Source: an uncultured Rubripirellula sp. (GTDB lineage Bacteria > Planctomycetota > Planctomycetia > Pirellulales > Pirellulaceae). Taken from it: a stretch of 64,000 bases of DNA. A model generated the notes under the pieces. That model was not told the origin of the DNA. It did no database searches and saw only the letters and a list, made by a program, of their open reading frames with translations. The translations under genes were made by a program, and so were the position numbers. This document shows positions 1 to 12,900 of this stretch, in pieces. The DNA is taken from the NCBI GenBank assembly GCA_938085445.1, contig CALKGR010000002.1:32001-96000 (forward strand). The letters are read 5' to 3'. Position 1 is the first letter of the stretch. Every line of letters starts with the position of its first letter.

Positions 1-207
1 AGTTTCTCGACATATATAACGCTCAAACATTGGAATCTGGTTCGTCTCGGGAACGAACTGACCGACAGACCGCTTTTGCAACTCAACCGAGCCATGGTCG
101 AATCAACGCACCATGAAGCAAATGATCTAATTAACCAGCTGACATCGGAAGCCGATCTTGGCACCCAGCGGATCGCCAAGGTGCTTTTCACTCGCATCAA
201 TCCGTAA
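1..207 (+). CDS. 3' end of a hypothetical protein entering from the left edge (partial)
   Basis: Frame +1 is open from base 1 to TAA 205-207 (SFSTYITLKHWNLVRLGNELTDRPLLQLNRAMVE...KVLFTRINP*), protein-like composition; no start inside the window. Confidence 0.5.
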   Translation, partial: SFSTYITLKHWNLVRLGNELTDRPLLQLNRAMVESTHHEANDLINQLTSEADLGTQRIAKVLFTRINP

Positions 208-438
208 CCGGTTAGTCCCTGATTCTGTCGCCCTGACAGCCGATCGCAGGCAACTGAAGCAGAATCCTGCGCCCATCGACAAAGCAAGACCGAAACTGCT
301 GCCAACGTGTTCAGCGACGCACACCTGCTGCTTTGCCGCGACCGTTGGTTGCTATCAACTGATACACTGTTGTGTCTGACGCAATGTCAGATTTCTCGAG
401 AACATCCGGCGACAGACAAACCACCACAGATCAGTGCA

Positions 439-2247
439 ATGAAAATTAGATCGGTTCTTCTACTGCTATTTTTGATGGGCACAACGCAGGCAGCCCCAAA
501 GCCGAATATTGTCTTCTTTCTCGTGGATGACCTAGGGCTTGGCGATGTGGGTTGCTTTGGCTCACAGTTTCATGAGACGCCAAATATCGATCGACTCTGT
601 TCAGACGGTTTGAAATTCAGCCAGGCGTATTCTGCTTGCACCGTATGCTCACCGAGCCGAGCGGCAATCCTGCTAGGTAAATACCCTGCAAGAACAAATC
701 TTACTGACTGGATCGCGGGACATCGTCGACGTAACGCCCCCCTCCAGATTCCTGACTGGAATATGCGCATGGGCCTGTCGGAGACGACTTTACCCGAGGC
801 GTTGAAATCAGAGGGCTACCGAAGTCAGTTCGTAGGTAAATGGCATTTGATGCCGATCGGTGCGGAAGACTTTGAACAGCACTACCCAACAGCCCATGGT
901 TTTGACCAAAACATTGCTGGGCGTGAATGGGGCCAGCCAAAAGGTCCCGGAAAATACTTTTCACCGTTTGGGATGCCCAACCTCGATGACGGAAACAAAG
1001 GTGACTTCCTGACGAATGCACTTACCGATCAGGCAGTTGAGTTCATTGAAGCGAATCAAAGTGAACCCTTTTTTCTTTATTTCTCTTACTACACGGTTCA
1101 TGGCCCCATCATGGCCCCACCCGAACTGGTTCAAAAGTACCGAGAGAAAGCACTCCAATTCCCCAAACCGCACACGGAACGAGTGAACCCCTCTTTTGCA
1201 GCGATGACGGAGTTACTTGACCGTAGCGTGGGACGTGTGCGTTCCAAACTCGAGGAGCTAGGTTTGTCGGACAACACCATCATTGTCTTTACCTCTGATA
1301 ACGGAGGCACCTCCGAACTGGCATCAGCAGGTTTGCGTGGGGCCAAAGCACTCGCTTACGAGGGCGGCACACGTGTATCGACCATCGTTCATTGGCCCGG
1401 CGTCACCCGTCCTGGTTCCGAGTGCAAGGTCCCCATCATTGGTAATGACTTTTACCCCACCTTGCTGGAAATGTCGGGCGGCAAGCCAATGCCCCAACAA
1501 CATGTCGATGGTTTGAGCCTTGTTCCCTTGTTGCAGAATCCAAACGCTCCGTGGTCGCGGGATGAATTGTACTGGCATTATCCACACTACCACCGAACCA
1601 AGCCCTACGGTGCAATTCGCAAGGGGCATTGGAAGCTGATTGAGTTTTTCGAAAATAATGCCATCGAACTTTATAATCTCAAAGCTGATCCGGCAGAACG
1701 AAACAATCTGGCAGCCACTGAAGAGATCATTGCTTCAGACCTATTGAGGCGACTGCAACAATGGCGAAGTTCGGTGGATGCCCAAATGCCCACACACAAC
1801 CCTGCCTATGATCCACAAAACCGCGGCAAACCCCGTTCTGCTTCGGTTACCGACCAACCGATCTCGACTCCTCATGGCACCATCTCTGCGTCCTCGCATC
1901 AAAGTGGCAATCCGCCTCATCATTCAGTTGATGGCGCCCGCAATACGCGTTGGGCGGCGTCAAATGGCACCGTACCTCAGTGGATTCAGCTTGACTTGGG
2001 CAAACAACGCCCGATATCAGGCATCGAAATCAGATTCAAAAACCGAACAAAAATCCACTACTCCGTAAGCATTTCCAACAACGCACGCGAATGGCAAATC
2101 GTACATGAGTCAAAGAAGCCTACCGAAATCCAAGACGAAAAAGTCTCTTTTTCGCAGAATGCACGCTTCATACGGATCACCATTAATCGCGTAGAATCTG
2201 GTTGGGCGACGATTGAAGACTGGAAACCTATTCTCCCCGCCTCGTAA
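439..2247 (+). CDS. Secreted S1 sulfatase with C-terminal F5/8 type C (discoidin/CBM32-like) domain
   Basis: Signal peptide MKIRSVLLLL..TQA, PNIVFFLVDDLG, CSPSR, GKWHL, SDNGG; C-terminal ASSHQ..VDGARNTRWAA..PQWIQLDLG..ARFIRITI is discoidin-like. Start moved to ATG 439 (track start 307). Confidence 0.92.
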   Translation: MKIRSVLLLLFLMGTTQAAPKPNIVFFLVDDLGLGDVGCFGSQFHETPNIDRLCSDGLKFSQAYSACTVCSPSRAAILLGKYPARTNLTDWIAGHRRRNAPLQIPDWNMRMGLSETTLPEALKSEGYRSQFVGKWHLMPIGAEDFEQHYPTAHGFDQNIAGREWGQPKGPGKYFSPFGMPNLDDGNKGDFLTNALTDQAVEFIEANQSEPFFLYFSYYTVHGPIMAPPELVQKYREKALQFPKPHTERVNPSFAAMTELLDRSVGRVRSKLEELGLSDNTIIVFTSDNGGTSELASAGLRGAKALAYEGGTRVSTIVHWPGVTRPGSECKVPIIGNDFYPTLLEMSGGKPMPQQHVDGLSLVPLLQNPNAPWSRDELYWHYPHYHRTKPYGAIRKGHWKLIEFFENNAIELYNLKADPAERNNLAATEEIIASDLLRRLQQWRSSVDAQMPTHNPAYDPQNRGKPRSASVTDQPISTPHGTISASSHQSGNPPHHSVDGARNTRWAASNGTVPQWIQLDLGKQRPISGIEIRFKNRTKIHYSVSISNNAREWQIVHESKKPTEIQDEKVSFSQNARFIRITINRVESGWATIEDWKPILPAS

Positions 2248-2489
2248 TTTTGCTGCCCCAACGCGACTGTATGCTGCGCACCGCAAACAACGACGCCACA
2301 GCCAGATTCCCCACCCAAGTGTGATCCTACCTCAACACCGTAACCAACGACCGCTTGAGTCCTTGCCTTGCCCGTGAGGCCTAGGGATGCTCATCTGAGC
2401 ACCACAAGATCGAATCCATTGCAATTCAAAACAACAACAGTCATTAGGCCCAAATTCACACGCTCGCCACAACTCTCGAAAGATCCTTC

Positions 2490-3842
2490 ATGAACTTCCG
2501 CGTCGCAACCGTGCTCTTGGCTTCTGTCTATCTGGGTACGTTTCTCGTTAGTAACGAAAGCTACGCTGAGAAGCCCAATATTGTCGTCATCATGGCTGAT
2601 GACCTAGGTTACGGGGACTTGCAGTGCTATGGTCACCCGCGGGTCAAGACACCTAACATTGACCAACTGGCGCGGGACGGCGTGCGTTTCACTCAGCACT
2701 ATGCGAACGGTCCAGAATGCAGTCCGACACGGACGGCTTTCCTGACTGGCAAGTACCAACAATTCGCAGGTGGTCTTGAGTGTGCCATTGGAACAGGAAA
2801 TGTCGGACGGTACGACGATGCCATTCGTTTAGCAAACCAGCACGATCTGGGCCTGCCAGCCGATCAGACCGTACTTCCCAATCTGGTCACGCAACAGGGC
2901 TACCGTTCTGCAGTCTTCGGAAAATGGCATCTCGGCTACGAACCCAAGTTCAACCCAAAAACACATGGCTGGCACGAGTTCTTTGGTTATCTGGGCGGTA
3001 ACGTCCACTATTTCAACCATCGTGAAACCAGTGACCTTCATGTTCTGTTTTCCGATGACTTGCCAATCTACCGCGACGGGTACATGACAGATTTGATCAC
3101 GGAATCGTCGGTGAAGTTCATAGAAAAAACGAAGGAGCCTTATCTACTTTTTATCTCCCACGAATCGCCCCATTTTCCATTTCAAGGCCCATCCGATACC
3201 GCAAAGAACGTGACCAGTGAAAACTGGATGGACCTCGATCAAGATGCCTACGTCGCGATGATCGAATCGCTTGACAGCAGTGTGGGTCAGATTGTGAATG
3301 CAGTCGAGCAAGCCGGACAACGTGATAACACGGCCATCGTTTTTGTGTCAGATAATGGTGGATTCGCAAATGCTGCCAACATGGGGTCACTGCGTGGGGC
3401 AAAAAGCATGACATTTGAGGGTGGAATCCGGGTTCCTTTGATCATCAGTTGGCCCGCAAAGATTCAATCTGGTCAAACATGTGACCAAGTCTGCATCACG
3501 TTTGACCTAACCAAGTCGATCCTGAATCTGGCCGGTGCTGAAAATCAGCCCGAACAACTCGACGGATACGACATCATTTCCCACCTTGTTGAGCGAAAGC
3601 CAAACTCTCCCCGAACTCTTTTCTGGCGGGGAAAACGAGGCGAACGGGTTTGGAAAGCTGTCCGTCATGGTGACCAAAAATTGGTGATCAAGACCGGAGA
3701 ACCCGATCAGATCAAATCAGTTTTTGATCTCTCCGTTGACCCGGCCGAACAACACGACCTTAAAGCTACCCACCCGAAGCTGACGCTTCAGCTGATGGAC
3801 CTACTGCAAAGCTGGGAGTCGAGCCTCAAGCCACAACGCTAG
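2490..3842 (+). CDS. Secreted S1 sulfatase
   Basis: Signal peptide, PNIVVIMADDLGYGD, CSPTR, GKWHLG, SDNGG, EGGIRVP. Confidence 0.93.
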   Translation: MNFRVATVLLASVYLGTFLVSNESYAEKPNIVVIMADDLGYGDLQCYGHPRVKTPNIDQLARDGVRFTQHYANGPECSPTRTAFLTGKYQQFAGGLECAIGTGNVGRYDDAIRLANQHDLGLPADQTVLPNLVTQQGYRSAVFGKWHLGYEPKFNPKTHGWHEFFGYLGGNVHYFNHRETSDLHVLFSDDLPIYRDGYMTDLITESSVKFIEKTKEPYLLFISHESPHFPFQGPSDTAKNVTSENWMDLDQDAYVAMIESLDSSVGQIVNAVEQAGQRDNTAIVFVSDNGGFANAANMGSLRGAKSMTFEGGIRVPLIISWPAKIQSGQTCDQVCITFDLTKSILNLAGAENQPEQLDGYDIISHLVERKPNSPRTLFWRGKRGERVWKAVRHGDQKLVIKTGEPDQIKSVFDLSVDPAEQHDLKATHPKLTLQLMDLLQSWESSLKPQR

Positions 3843-3924
3843 CCGCAGGAATGTCCAAGAGCCCGCTCTCGCTATCCCATCTCGCAGGATTGCCAGCCCA
3901 AATGAAAGCCTGACATCAGACGCC

Positions 3925-6900
3925 CTAAGGCTTCGGCTGAAGCTGGATTTGCATCTTAACCGCTGGCACCAGGGGTAACGCGCGAGTCTTCCCGGGAACG
4001 GCACCAACCTGTTTCCCGGGTTCCGAGGACGTGACCTTGTTCCCACCTGCTTTTCGCTCTTCCGCTGCTTTCAAACGCCGTTGGTACTCCCTTTCGGCGG
4101 CGGTCTTCTGAGATTGCAAGGCTGCAATCCGCTTCAGCTTTGCCTGATCCTCGCCTGCTACTTCCCTACCTGCGGCAAGCAGATCCTTGGCCATGCTTAA
4201 CTCAACCAGCTCATTGAACCGTTCAGTCGCCTTGTCTTCCCCACTCGACAAAGCCGTGTCTCTCACAAACTCACCAAATCGCACGTATGGCAAATTGCCC
4301 ACCTGCTGCATTCGCTCTTGCACCTCGACAGCACGCGAACTCAAACCAGCTTTCCGAAACAAATCGATGGCTAACAAATCCAATTTCAATGCTTTTTTCA
4401 ATAGCGTCTCGTCGACAAGCTCAAGCGTTTTCCTGACAGCTTCTACTTCTCCCGCCTCGGATTGCCGATACGCGATTGTCAACAAAGCCTCAGCCACCGC
4501 TTCACCCTTGACTGATTCGTCTGTACGCAAAGAACTTACAGCAATGCTTGCATTTCGTAGCCATTCGGCTGATTTGCTGGCAGATCCAGGGTCAACTTCA
4601 GGAAACAAATCCAGATAGTTTTGCCTCGTCAACACCCATGGCCGCGATGTGGTTCGGCTCATGTAGTACTGGGAGGAGTTAACAAGTCGCGGCACAAACG
4701 GATTTCCATGCTGCCTAAGCAACGTGTCTACACACTCAACAGCACGTTTGTAATCACCATCGGCTGAAAAAACAGCCACACCAGAAACCAAAGTCTCTAC
4801 GTCATAAATATCGTGTACCACAGACTCGATTGGAAAATCTCTTCTTGCCGCATCCGCAGCATCCTTGGCACTCAACAGCTCGTGTCGCAGGTCCAGAACA
4901 GCGGGCAAAGCGAGTCGCCGGTCGTACACGGTATCGAACATCGACTCAACGAGTGTAAGTAACTCGTCGCCCCCAAAAAACCGTCTTGCGTCGGCCACGA
5001 GCGACGAGAAATGTTTCACCGATTTTGAAGGAAAGAATGCACTCACCCGATAAAGCATCGCAGCTGTATCTAGGTCACCGACCTGTGCATAAAGCGGAGC
5101 CAACGACTGTGCCTCACTGCCGTTTTTGATCCCCAATTGATCTGTCAATAAATCGAGTACCCACTTGTTGGATTGATCGATAAGCTCGGGCTTTTCGCTG
5201 ACAAGTTGAAAGAACCCGTCCAATACACGCTGCGAACCCCGCCCTTCCTGAATGTCTTTCACCAATCCAGCAAGCACCAACTCATCACCCTTGGCAAGCC
5301 GTTCTGCTCGTAGCAAACCCAACGACACCGCCTTTGCATTTCCTGGCGCGATAAAACTGGAACGAACGATGCGCCGCATCTCGGGCAGGGTATACGAATA
5401 CTCCGCCAGAACATCCCAAGCAGTGGGCCGAGGAGCAGAAGCAGCACGTACAGCGGGGATAAATACCGACAGACCACCACGTTGTCGCAGACGTGCCTTT
5501 ACTACTGCTTCAGCAGCCTTTTTGGACGCCTCGCTTTTCGTTTTTTCCGCCACCGATTCCCTCACTCCTTTGGTCTTCGAGGTTGCTCTGGGCACTGGCC
5601 ACGAATAGTTCATTGGTCTGCTGACAACCCTTGAACCGTAAGGACTGGCAGTCACGGGAGGCAGCGTCCTCCACATGGAACGAATACTACGAATCACCCC
5701 AGCCTCATCTCCTGCGTCCAAAGCATCCTTCACACCCTGAACCCCTTTCGCATACTTCTTTTCTTTAATTGGATCTGGCTTCTTTTGTGTCACACCGCCC
5801 GACGGCTTACTCTTGATCAGTTTTACCGGGGCTCCCGCCGCAGCGGCTGGATTTGGCTTGCCGGCATTCGCCTTTCCCAGCCCCGTGGGGTTAGGAGGCA
5901 TGGGTTTCAAAGCAACCGCTTTGCGTGCAGATCCGTCTACCGCCTTGGAGCTCCCACCAATCGTGTCCACATTTCCGCCGAGCACCTCCACCGGTGGTTT
6001 GGCTGCACCTTTGCCGTCGGTGCCTTTGCCTTCTTGTTCCTTCTTTCGGGCTTGCTCGTATGCCTCACGTGAATGCTCATCCACCACAGTCCAGAATTTC
6101 ATGCCATTCACCGGATGATCGACTGAGTTCCACAAAACCGACAGCCGAGTCCTTATCGCATCCTGTTCTTTTACATGCTTGGCAGAATCACTCACGTCCT
6201 TCTTCGCCTGCAACGATTTCAATCGCTTCATCTGTGATTCAATTTCCTGGTACACATTCTCAGGTCTGGCAGACGAACGCGAAGCCGACGACGTGAACTT
6301 CGTCACGTTTGGATACTTGTTTGCCGCCTCGGCATACAGGTTTGCCAACAAATCCGTTGCACGGATCCTCGACACTAATGAAATACGGTTGTCATAATCC
6401 GCAACTGACACTTCGCTTTTCTCATCATCTGCCTGCAACGTCTTCCAAAAGGCTTCCGGGTTGTCCATTAGAAATTCCTTGAACGCCCATGTCCTCAATT
6501 GCCTTAAGTAACTGTCAGTCGCGGTTACGAACGGAGAACCGGTCTTCAAAGCCAGCGAGATGCCTTCCTGCTTCTTGCCAGATTGAAATAAGAGCATCGC
6601 TTTGACAACTTGCGCCATTTTGGCAATGTTCGACTCACGTTTCATCACCTTTTCAGCAATTAACAGATCCAACATTTTAGTTGCCAGGTCTTCATTTTCG
6701 GCGCAAACCAATACCGTGCCCCCTCGAGGCATGTAATAAGAACAGTAGCGAAGATAATTGTCTTGAAGAGCAGCGTCGATTCCATCGGACATCGCTGCAA
6801 GAATCACTTTCTTCGTCTCATCATCGATCGCTTCTTTGTAGTTAAACGGGACTCGAATCAACTCCTGCGGTAGAGTTTTTGGGGTCACCGTGTCAAGCGT

Positions 6901-9900
6901 CTCAGCAAATGCATCCGCTCGAATCGATTCCGGAAACACCTTCATCGCAACTGGGAAAGGAAAGGTATAGCCAAGTCGTAAATTCCCTTTCTGAATCAAG
7001 CTTAGCAATTCACCATCATTTGGCTGTAGATCATCGACATACTCACGCATCTCGGACAGCAACCAAAGGTAATTGGCAAGCCGTTCCGGCTTCTGCTTTT
7101 GGTAATTCGTCGCGTATCGCACAAGTTCTGAGAAGCGCTCCTTTGGCAGGATTTCTCGACACATGTTGTAAAACGCCTGTTGCGTCTGGAATGACTGTCG
7201 TGAAATGTTGGCTCTAGCCAATTGCAAGGCCAAACCGTCATCACCCAGTGCCACAGCCAGCCTCATCCAAATTCGAACATCCCCCAAGCCAGAGCGTTGC
7301 TGCATCACAGCACGCCCATTCACAATCACATAGGATGGCCGGCCATTTCTGCCAGTTACGCTTTTCTGATTCAAACGCCGCAACCACATTAACGATTCTT
7401 CGCGGTCATCTGCTAACCAGGCCGGCCGCAAACCTTTCCACATTACCTCTGCGCTCAACGCAGTATCTCCTGGCGAAGGCTTTATCTTCCCCAAGACGTC
7501 ATTGATCCTTGTTTGCTGCGTATCTGTTAAACCTGATGTTTCCAACAACCTCCGTAAACTGTCTCGACGTCCCGCACTTAGGCGAAGATTCACAATATTA
7601 GCGAACAGCGCCTGATCCTTGGGAAATCGTTTCAACAGCATTGCATCGATCTCCTCGATCGGCTCCAGCTGCGATACTGCCATATACATCCGCTGCAACT
7701 GCTTGAAACGCTTGTCAATTCTTGGAGCTTCAGAAAGCTCGCTGGCGATGTTAGCTTCCGTTTGAATTTTGGCTAATTGTTCCAGGTCTGCAACAAGCCG
7801 TTCTCTCTGCTCACCGAGCATCTGATCAATCGCATCGTCAGGCACCGTGACCAACATCCCCATTAACAGCTCATCAGAATATGTCTGGTATGCGTCTCGG
7901 TTGTTATTCCAGTAACGGTTCTGACTGTTTTTAGCGGCCTCGCGAGTCGTGAGTGGAGTCTGAGACAGAAGTAGATTGAGTCCACCCTGATAAAACCGGA
8001 ACGCTATCGCATCCTTGCGTTCGCTCTCGTTCAGTTTTGCAACTCGTGCCATGAGTGGCACATCTGAAGGGCTTGTCCGCAGCAGACGATCATATCGAGC
8101 CAAAGCCTCAGGAATTTTTCCAGCCTTTTCAAAAATCTCGGCAACCTCACGCTGATAACTGCGCGGGTCTGCAAGATTCCTTGCCATACCAAAGGTTCTT
8201 TCGGCACTTTGCGTGTCGCCATCATCAAGAAATGCTTTGCCAAGATCCAGAAAGACCTGCGGTGGCATCAACTCGTTGAGACCGATCAAACGTCGACCAA
8301 ATGCAAAGAAGGGCAGGTTTCCCTTATTGGTTGGCCCCCGCGAACTACTGGAGTAATACACCCCACCCCGAATCTTCGACGACAGCTCCATGCACTCCCG
8401 CAACACCGACAAACGCCGGCTACCTGAGACAGCCAGCGAATTCTCCATCGCCCTAATCTGCCCCGCTTTGTCGTTCACTTCCGATGAGAGGTCTGACAAT
8501 AGTTGGTACAGATAATTCTTATCTTCACGTCCGGCAAGTCGTTCGAGAGTGATCCGTCTCGCCCACTGCATGTTTCGCCCTTTTGCCTCCATGTTTAAGA
8601 GGCCGTCAATAGCGATCGTGAACATGTCATCCCGCTCAGCGTTCTCAGCCAAGTATTGGAACATTCCCACTGCACGTTCAGTCTGATTATTCTCCTTGAG
8701 CAGATTGGCCAGCAGAAGATAGGATTCGATACGATCGGGGTGGGTCGCGATCGCCTGACGGTAAGCATCGGCTGCTTCCTCTTTCATTCCCACAAGCGAA
8801 AGCACACCCGCTTCAAATTCACCGCCGATCGAGTCCTTACCATCGTCAGCTGTCCTCAAATTCATAAGCACTTTTCGAGCTTCCTGTGCCTTACCACGCT
8901 CCAACATGCTTAACGCCAGCTGCCGCAAATATTCAGTCTCTCCTTCAGGATCAACCTCTATCAGCTGTTCAATTACCTTCTCATAGTTCCAATAATCGTT
9001 GCAAATCTGGTAGATACGTCCCTTCTCTTGCAACTGATCAACCACATCCTTGCCCGTCTGCGACATGTATTCTTCTGAGATCTCAGTCGCTGCCACCGAA
9101 TCATTCACGCGAGAGTAGATTCTCACGAGTAAACCTGCTTCGCGGGCATCCGCAGTCCCATCGGAAAGTTTTTCCTCGATCTCAATGGCAATATCCGCCA
9201 ATGTCCCCAAGCGGCTGGCGACCGTCATCAGACGATCTTCCACATAACGTCGACGTGGGATCGACGTTATTTTTCTCCACAGTGCAAGCCATTGATCCAG
9301 TGCCTTGTCCTCGTCACCGACCTCACTGTAAAGCCAAGCAAGCCGCATCTCCAAGTCCTCGGCAACCACTTCCCGGGTCGCCCGAATCGCTTCATTTACT
9401 TCAATCGCCTTGTCCTGCCGCCCGATCCGCTCATAAGCGCTGGCGAGTTCTGCACGCACGTCATCACCTACGTCATCTAGCGACTGAACGCGATTCAAGG
9501 TGACTTCTGCGCCTTCCACATCGCCACGGCGTTGCTGCAAGTCGGCCCAATACAACAATGCCTGACCGTGGTTTCCCCGCAGGTCCACCATACGTTCCAC
9601 TGTTTTGCTTGCTAACCGATCCAAACCCAATTCACCGAGGGTCTGGGCAGCACTCATCAGAACGGAAGTGCGTTGAGTTTGGGTGACATAGTCGTCCCAC
9701 AACGCCACCGCGTCTTGTTTGTCTCCGCGCTCCAGCAGGATCTGCGTCAGCCCCCCTCGCCACGCCAGCTCATCCGGCTCAGCCTGAATCAGCTGACGAT
9801 AGGTCGCTATCATCTGCTCTGTATTCCCGGCCTCGCCCTCCAGTTCCAGCAATTCACGGCGCATCTCGACGGTAAATCCACTCGCCGCGTCGGTGGTCTT

Positions 9901-12900
9901 CCGAAACAGGGCAATCGCGTCATCATAGCGTCCCAGCTCACGCAACAAATCAATCCAGACCCGCTGCATTTCTGCCGTCATCGGTTCCAAGTCATCATTA
10001 CGCCGCTTGAACTCATCAACCAGAGCCTCCACACCAGCAGTCTTTTCCTTGAGACGATAAGACTCAACCAGCAATGCCAATGAATAATTCCGGTCCCTCT
10101 TCAGCGATGCCGATTCAACCGCCTGCCACGCTGTATCGATCGCGCGATCGCGTTCGTTCGCTCGGATCGCCCATTCGGTAACACGACTGGCACTTCGAAA
10201 ACGGGCAGTGCCCGTCCCCGTGACTGTGAACAACTTCAACGCATCTGCATGCCGATTCTGAACGGCCAGCACATTGGCAGCGCGATTCTTGAAACCAATG
10301 TCATCTGACTTCGATGCCAAGTCGATCAGCGGTTTCGCATCACTGCCCTGTCTTGCCTTGCTATCGCCAAGCAAACCCATCAGCGCTAGTCGTAAACTGA
10401 CTGTCTGTTTATCATCCTCGGACAGGTCAGCCTGCGTCAGTTCTGTATATAGGGCCTTGGCAGCCTCTGTTTCACCTAAAGCATCATGGAACTTGGCCTG
10501 CAAGAGCCTTAGATCGAGTCGGGAACCTTTAATTTCCTTCTGTTTGAGAAGATCCATCATCAGATCCGATGCCCGTTGCAAATCCCCACGACGTGCAGCC
10601 AGTTTCACTTCAATCTCGGCAACCACCTGATTTCGTTTAACGGTCAGATCATCCGTCGATTCCGCAAGCCAATCCAAGGTACTTTGCAGATTCCCTTCTT
10701 TAAGAATGGCCGTATCGAAGAAATCCGCCACTGCCTGATCACTGACTCCCGATTTTGTGCAATCATCGATCAGCTTGTTCGCCGCTACGATGACATCACC
10801 CCTCGGTCCTTCCTGTCCCATCGCTGACGGTGCAGAAAGCAGCACTGCAAAGACTGCAGCAGCAATGGAAGCGTTTATAACATTGGACAAAGGCTTGACT
10901 CGGCGAGGCAAGCGTCGCAAGACAATCTCCGCGAAGAACGCACCTAAGGCCAAGGCGTACAACCATGGTGCCAACGACAACAAAGTCTTGCCACTTGTTT
11001 GAGAAGCAGGTGCGTCCGACCAGACCGACGTAGGCGACATTCGCTGACCTCCAGTAAGCGTAGTGAGTGTTTCCGCATCAAGGGAATTCGCCGGATCAGC
11101 GAATTCCTCGGCTGCGATTGGCGACCTAACCGCCATCAAATTCCAGCGTGACGGTGTGCTAGTCGCAGAGGTTTCCAATCGAAGCGTTTGTCCCATTGGT
11201 GGAATGGGCATGCGAGCCAGGTACCGATCAGGGCTCCGCCTTTGAAAAACAACCTCGTCCAGGGATTCGAACAGCCGCGCTCGAGGGCCAACCTCAGCGG
11301 TTGCGATTCCACGTGGCTGTTGACGAATCGCATGGAGCAGAAGATCTCCTCCATCAAACTCAGCGGCATACTGGAAGGGCTCTCGCATATCAGCCGTACT
11401 TCTTTGCAGTATCCGAGCGAGCGCATTTCCATAGTCAGGCCATTTTTGCCAAGGCGTTGTTCCCTCACCCATTGGCTCGGTTGTCAGAGTGGTTACACGC
11501 CCCAGTCCATACCGCCAACTCGCCAACACCGGATGTTTTTCGCTTACCGTTTCCAACAGCACCTCGCTGCCTATCCGCGGCTTGGACTCAACGTACCCCG
11601 CAAGGTTGGGTAACTGAGCGGTATCGACATCACCCCACCAACCAGGGCCGCCACGCGCCTGCACCACATGTTGCCCAGGACGATACGATGGCAATTTGGT
11701 TGTTGAAGGCTGCTTCAGCAGGATTTCAGGCAGATTGAAACGGTTGGGCACATTATAGAAACGCCCTTTTCCCCAGTTAGCAATGTTCACCAGAAACTCG
11801 CTGTGGTAACCCCCACCCGCAAGAACGGTAGACACATTGATACCCTCATTGGACATCCGTCGCATCAACGACTCAAAGTCTCCAGATTCGACCCCACCAT
11901 CTGTGAGCACCAGCACATGCTTGTATCTCGTATCAACGTTCTGGAGACCATAAAATGCCTCTTCAAGTGCAGGCAGAATGACAGTTCCTCCGCCAGCATC
12001 CATACGGTTTAACGCCCGTTGCAATTCGATCGCATTCGACGCCGGCTGCAGTGGAGCTGCCCATCGCTTTGCACCATAGAATTCTACAATACCCACCTTA
12101 TCGTGCGGCAAAAGCCTTTTCATTGCCAGCCTTGATACTTCCTTAGCAAGTTGCACACGCACGCCACTCATGGAACCCGATGTATCAATCACTATCACCA
12201 ACGACGTCGACGGATCCCTTTTCTCTTCTTTTTGAACGAGTTCAATGGGCAGCAAATTTTCGATCGGCCGATCATGCCATCCACCACCGCCAAACGAGGC
12301 GCGCCCACCGCTCATGACCAAACCGAGTCCATCATCCTGGACCGCCTTGACAAGCTGCTGCTCGGCGACGGAACTCACCTGCTCGGCAGGTTGATCATCC
12401 AGCATTACCAGGTCTGTGCGAATAAGTGCCTCACCCAGTTTGACCGGATCGCTGGTTTCCCCCGTCGCAACTTCAAAACTTGGGCCCAACATGCTGGCCA
12501 GCTTTCCCGCTGCGCCACTTTGCCGATCTCCGAGATAGAGCAGCTGATGCGGTGGCAGAATTGGCAGGACGACAGCAAGTTCCTGTTCGGAGCCATCGCT
12601 ATCCTGAGCCACGACGACAGCATCCAAAAAGCCGGCACCTTCCGGTTCAAAGTTCAATGGCACTTGCTGTTCGCCAGCACCCCTGAAAGCTGAACGAGCC
12701 AATTCAGTTTTTCCTGACTTCAAGATCAACGCTCCCGTCGCTCCCCTCGCAGGCAGAACCAACCGCACGTTGACCCTCGAATCAGCCCCTTTTCTAAGCG
12801 GCGAGGGCCAATTCACACTTACCGGTGTAGCGGGTCTTGTGAGCGTCTCAAGCTGCACCCAGTGAACGGGTATTTCCTGCTCTCGCAATGCCGCAATGGC

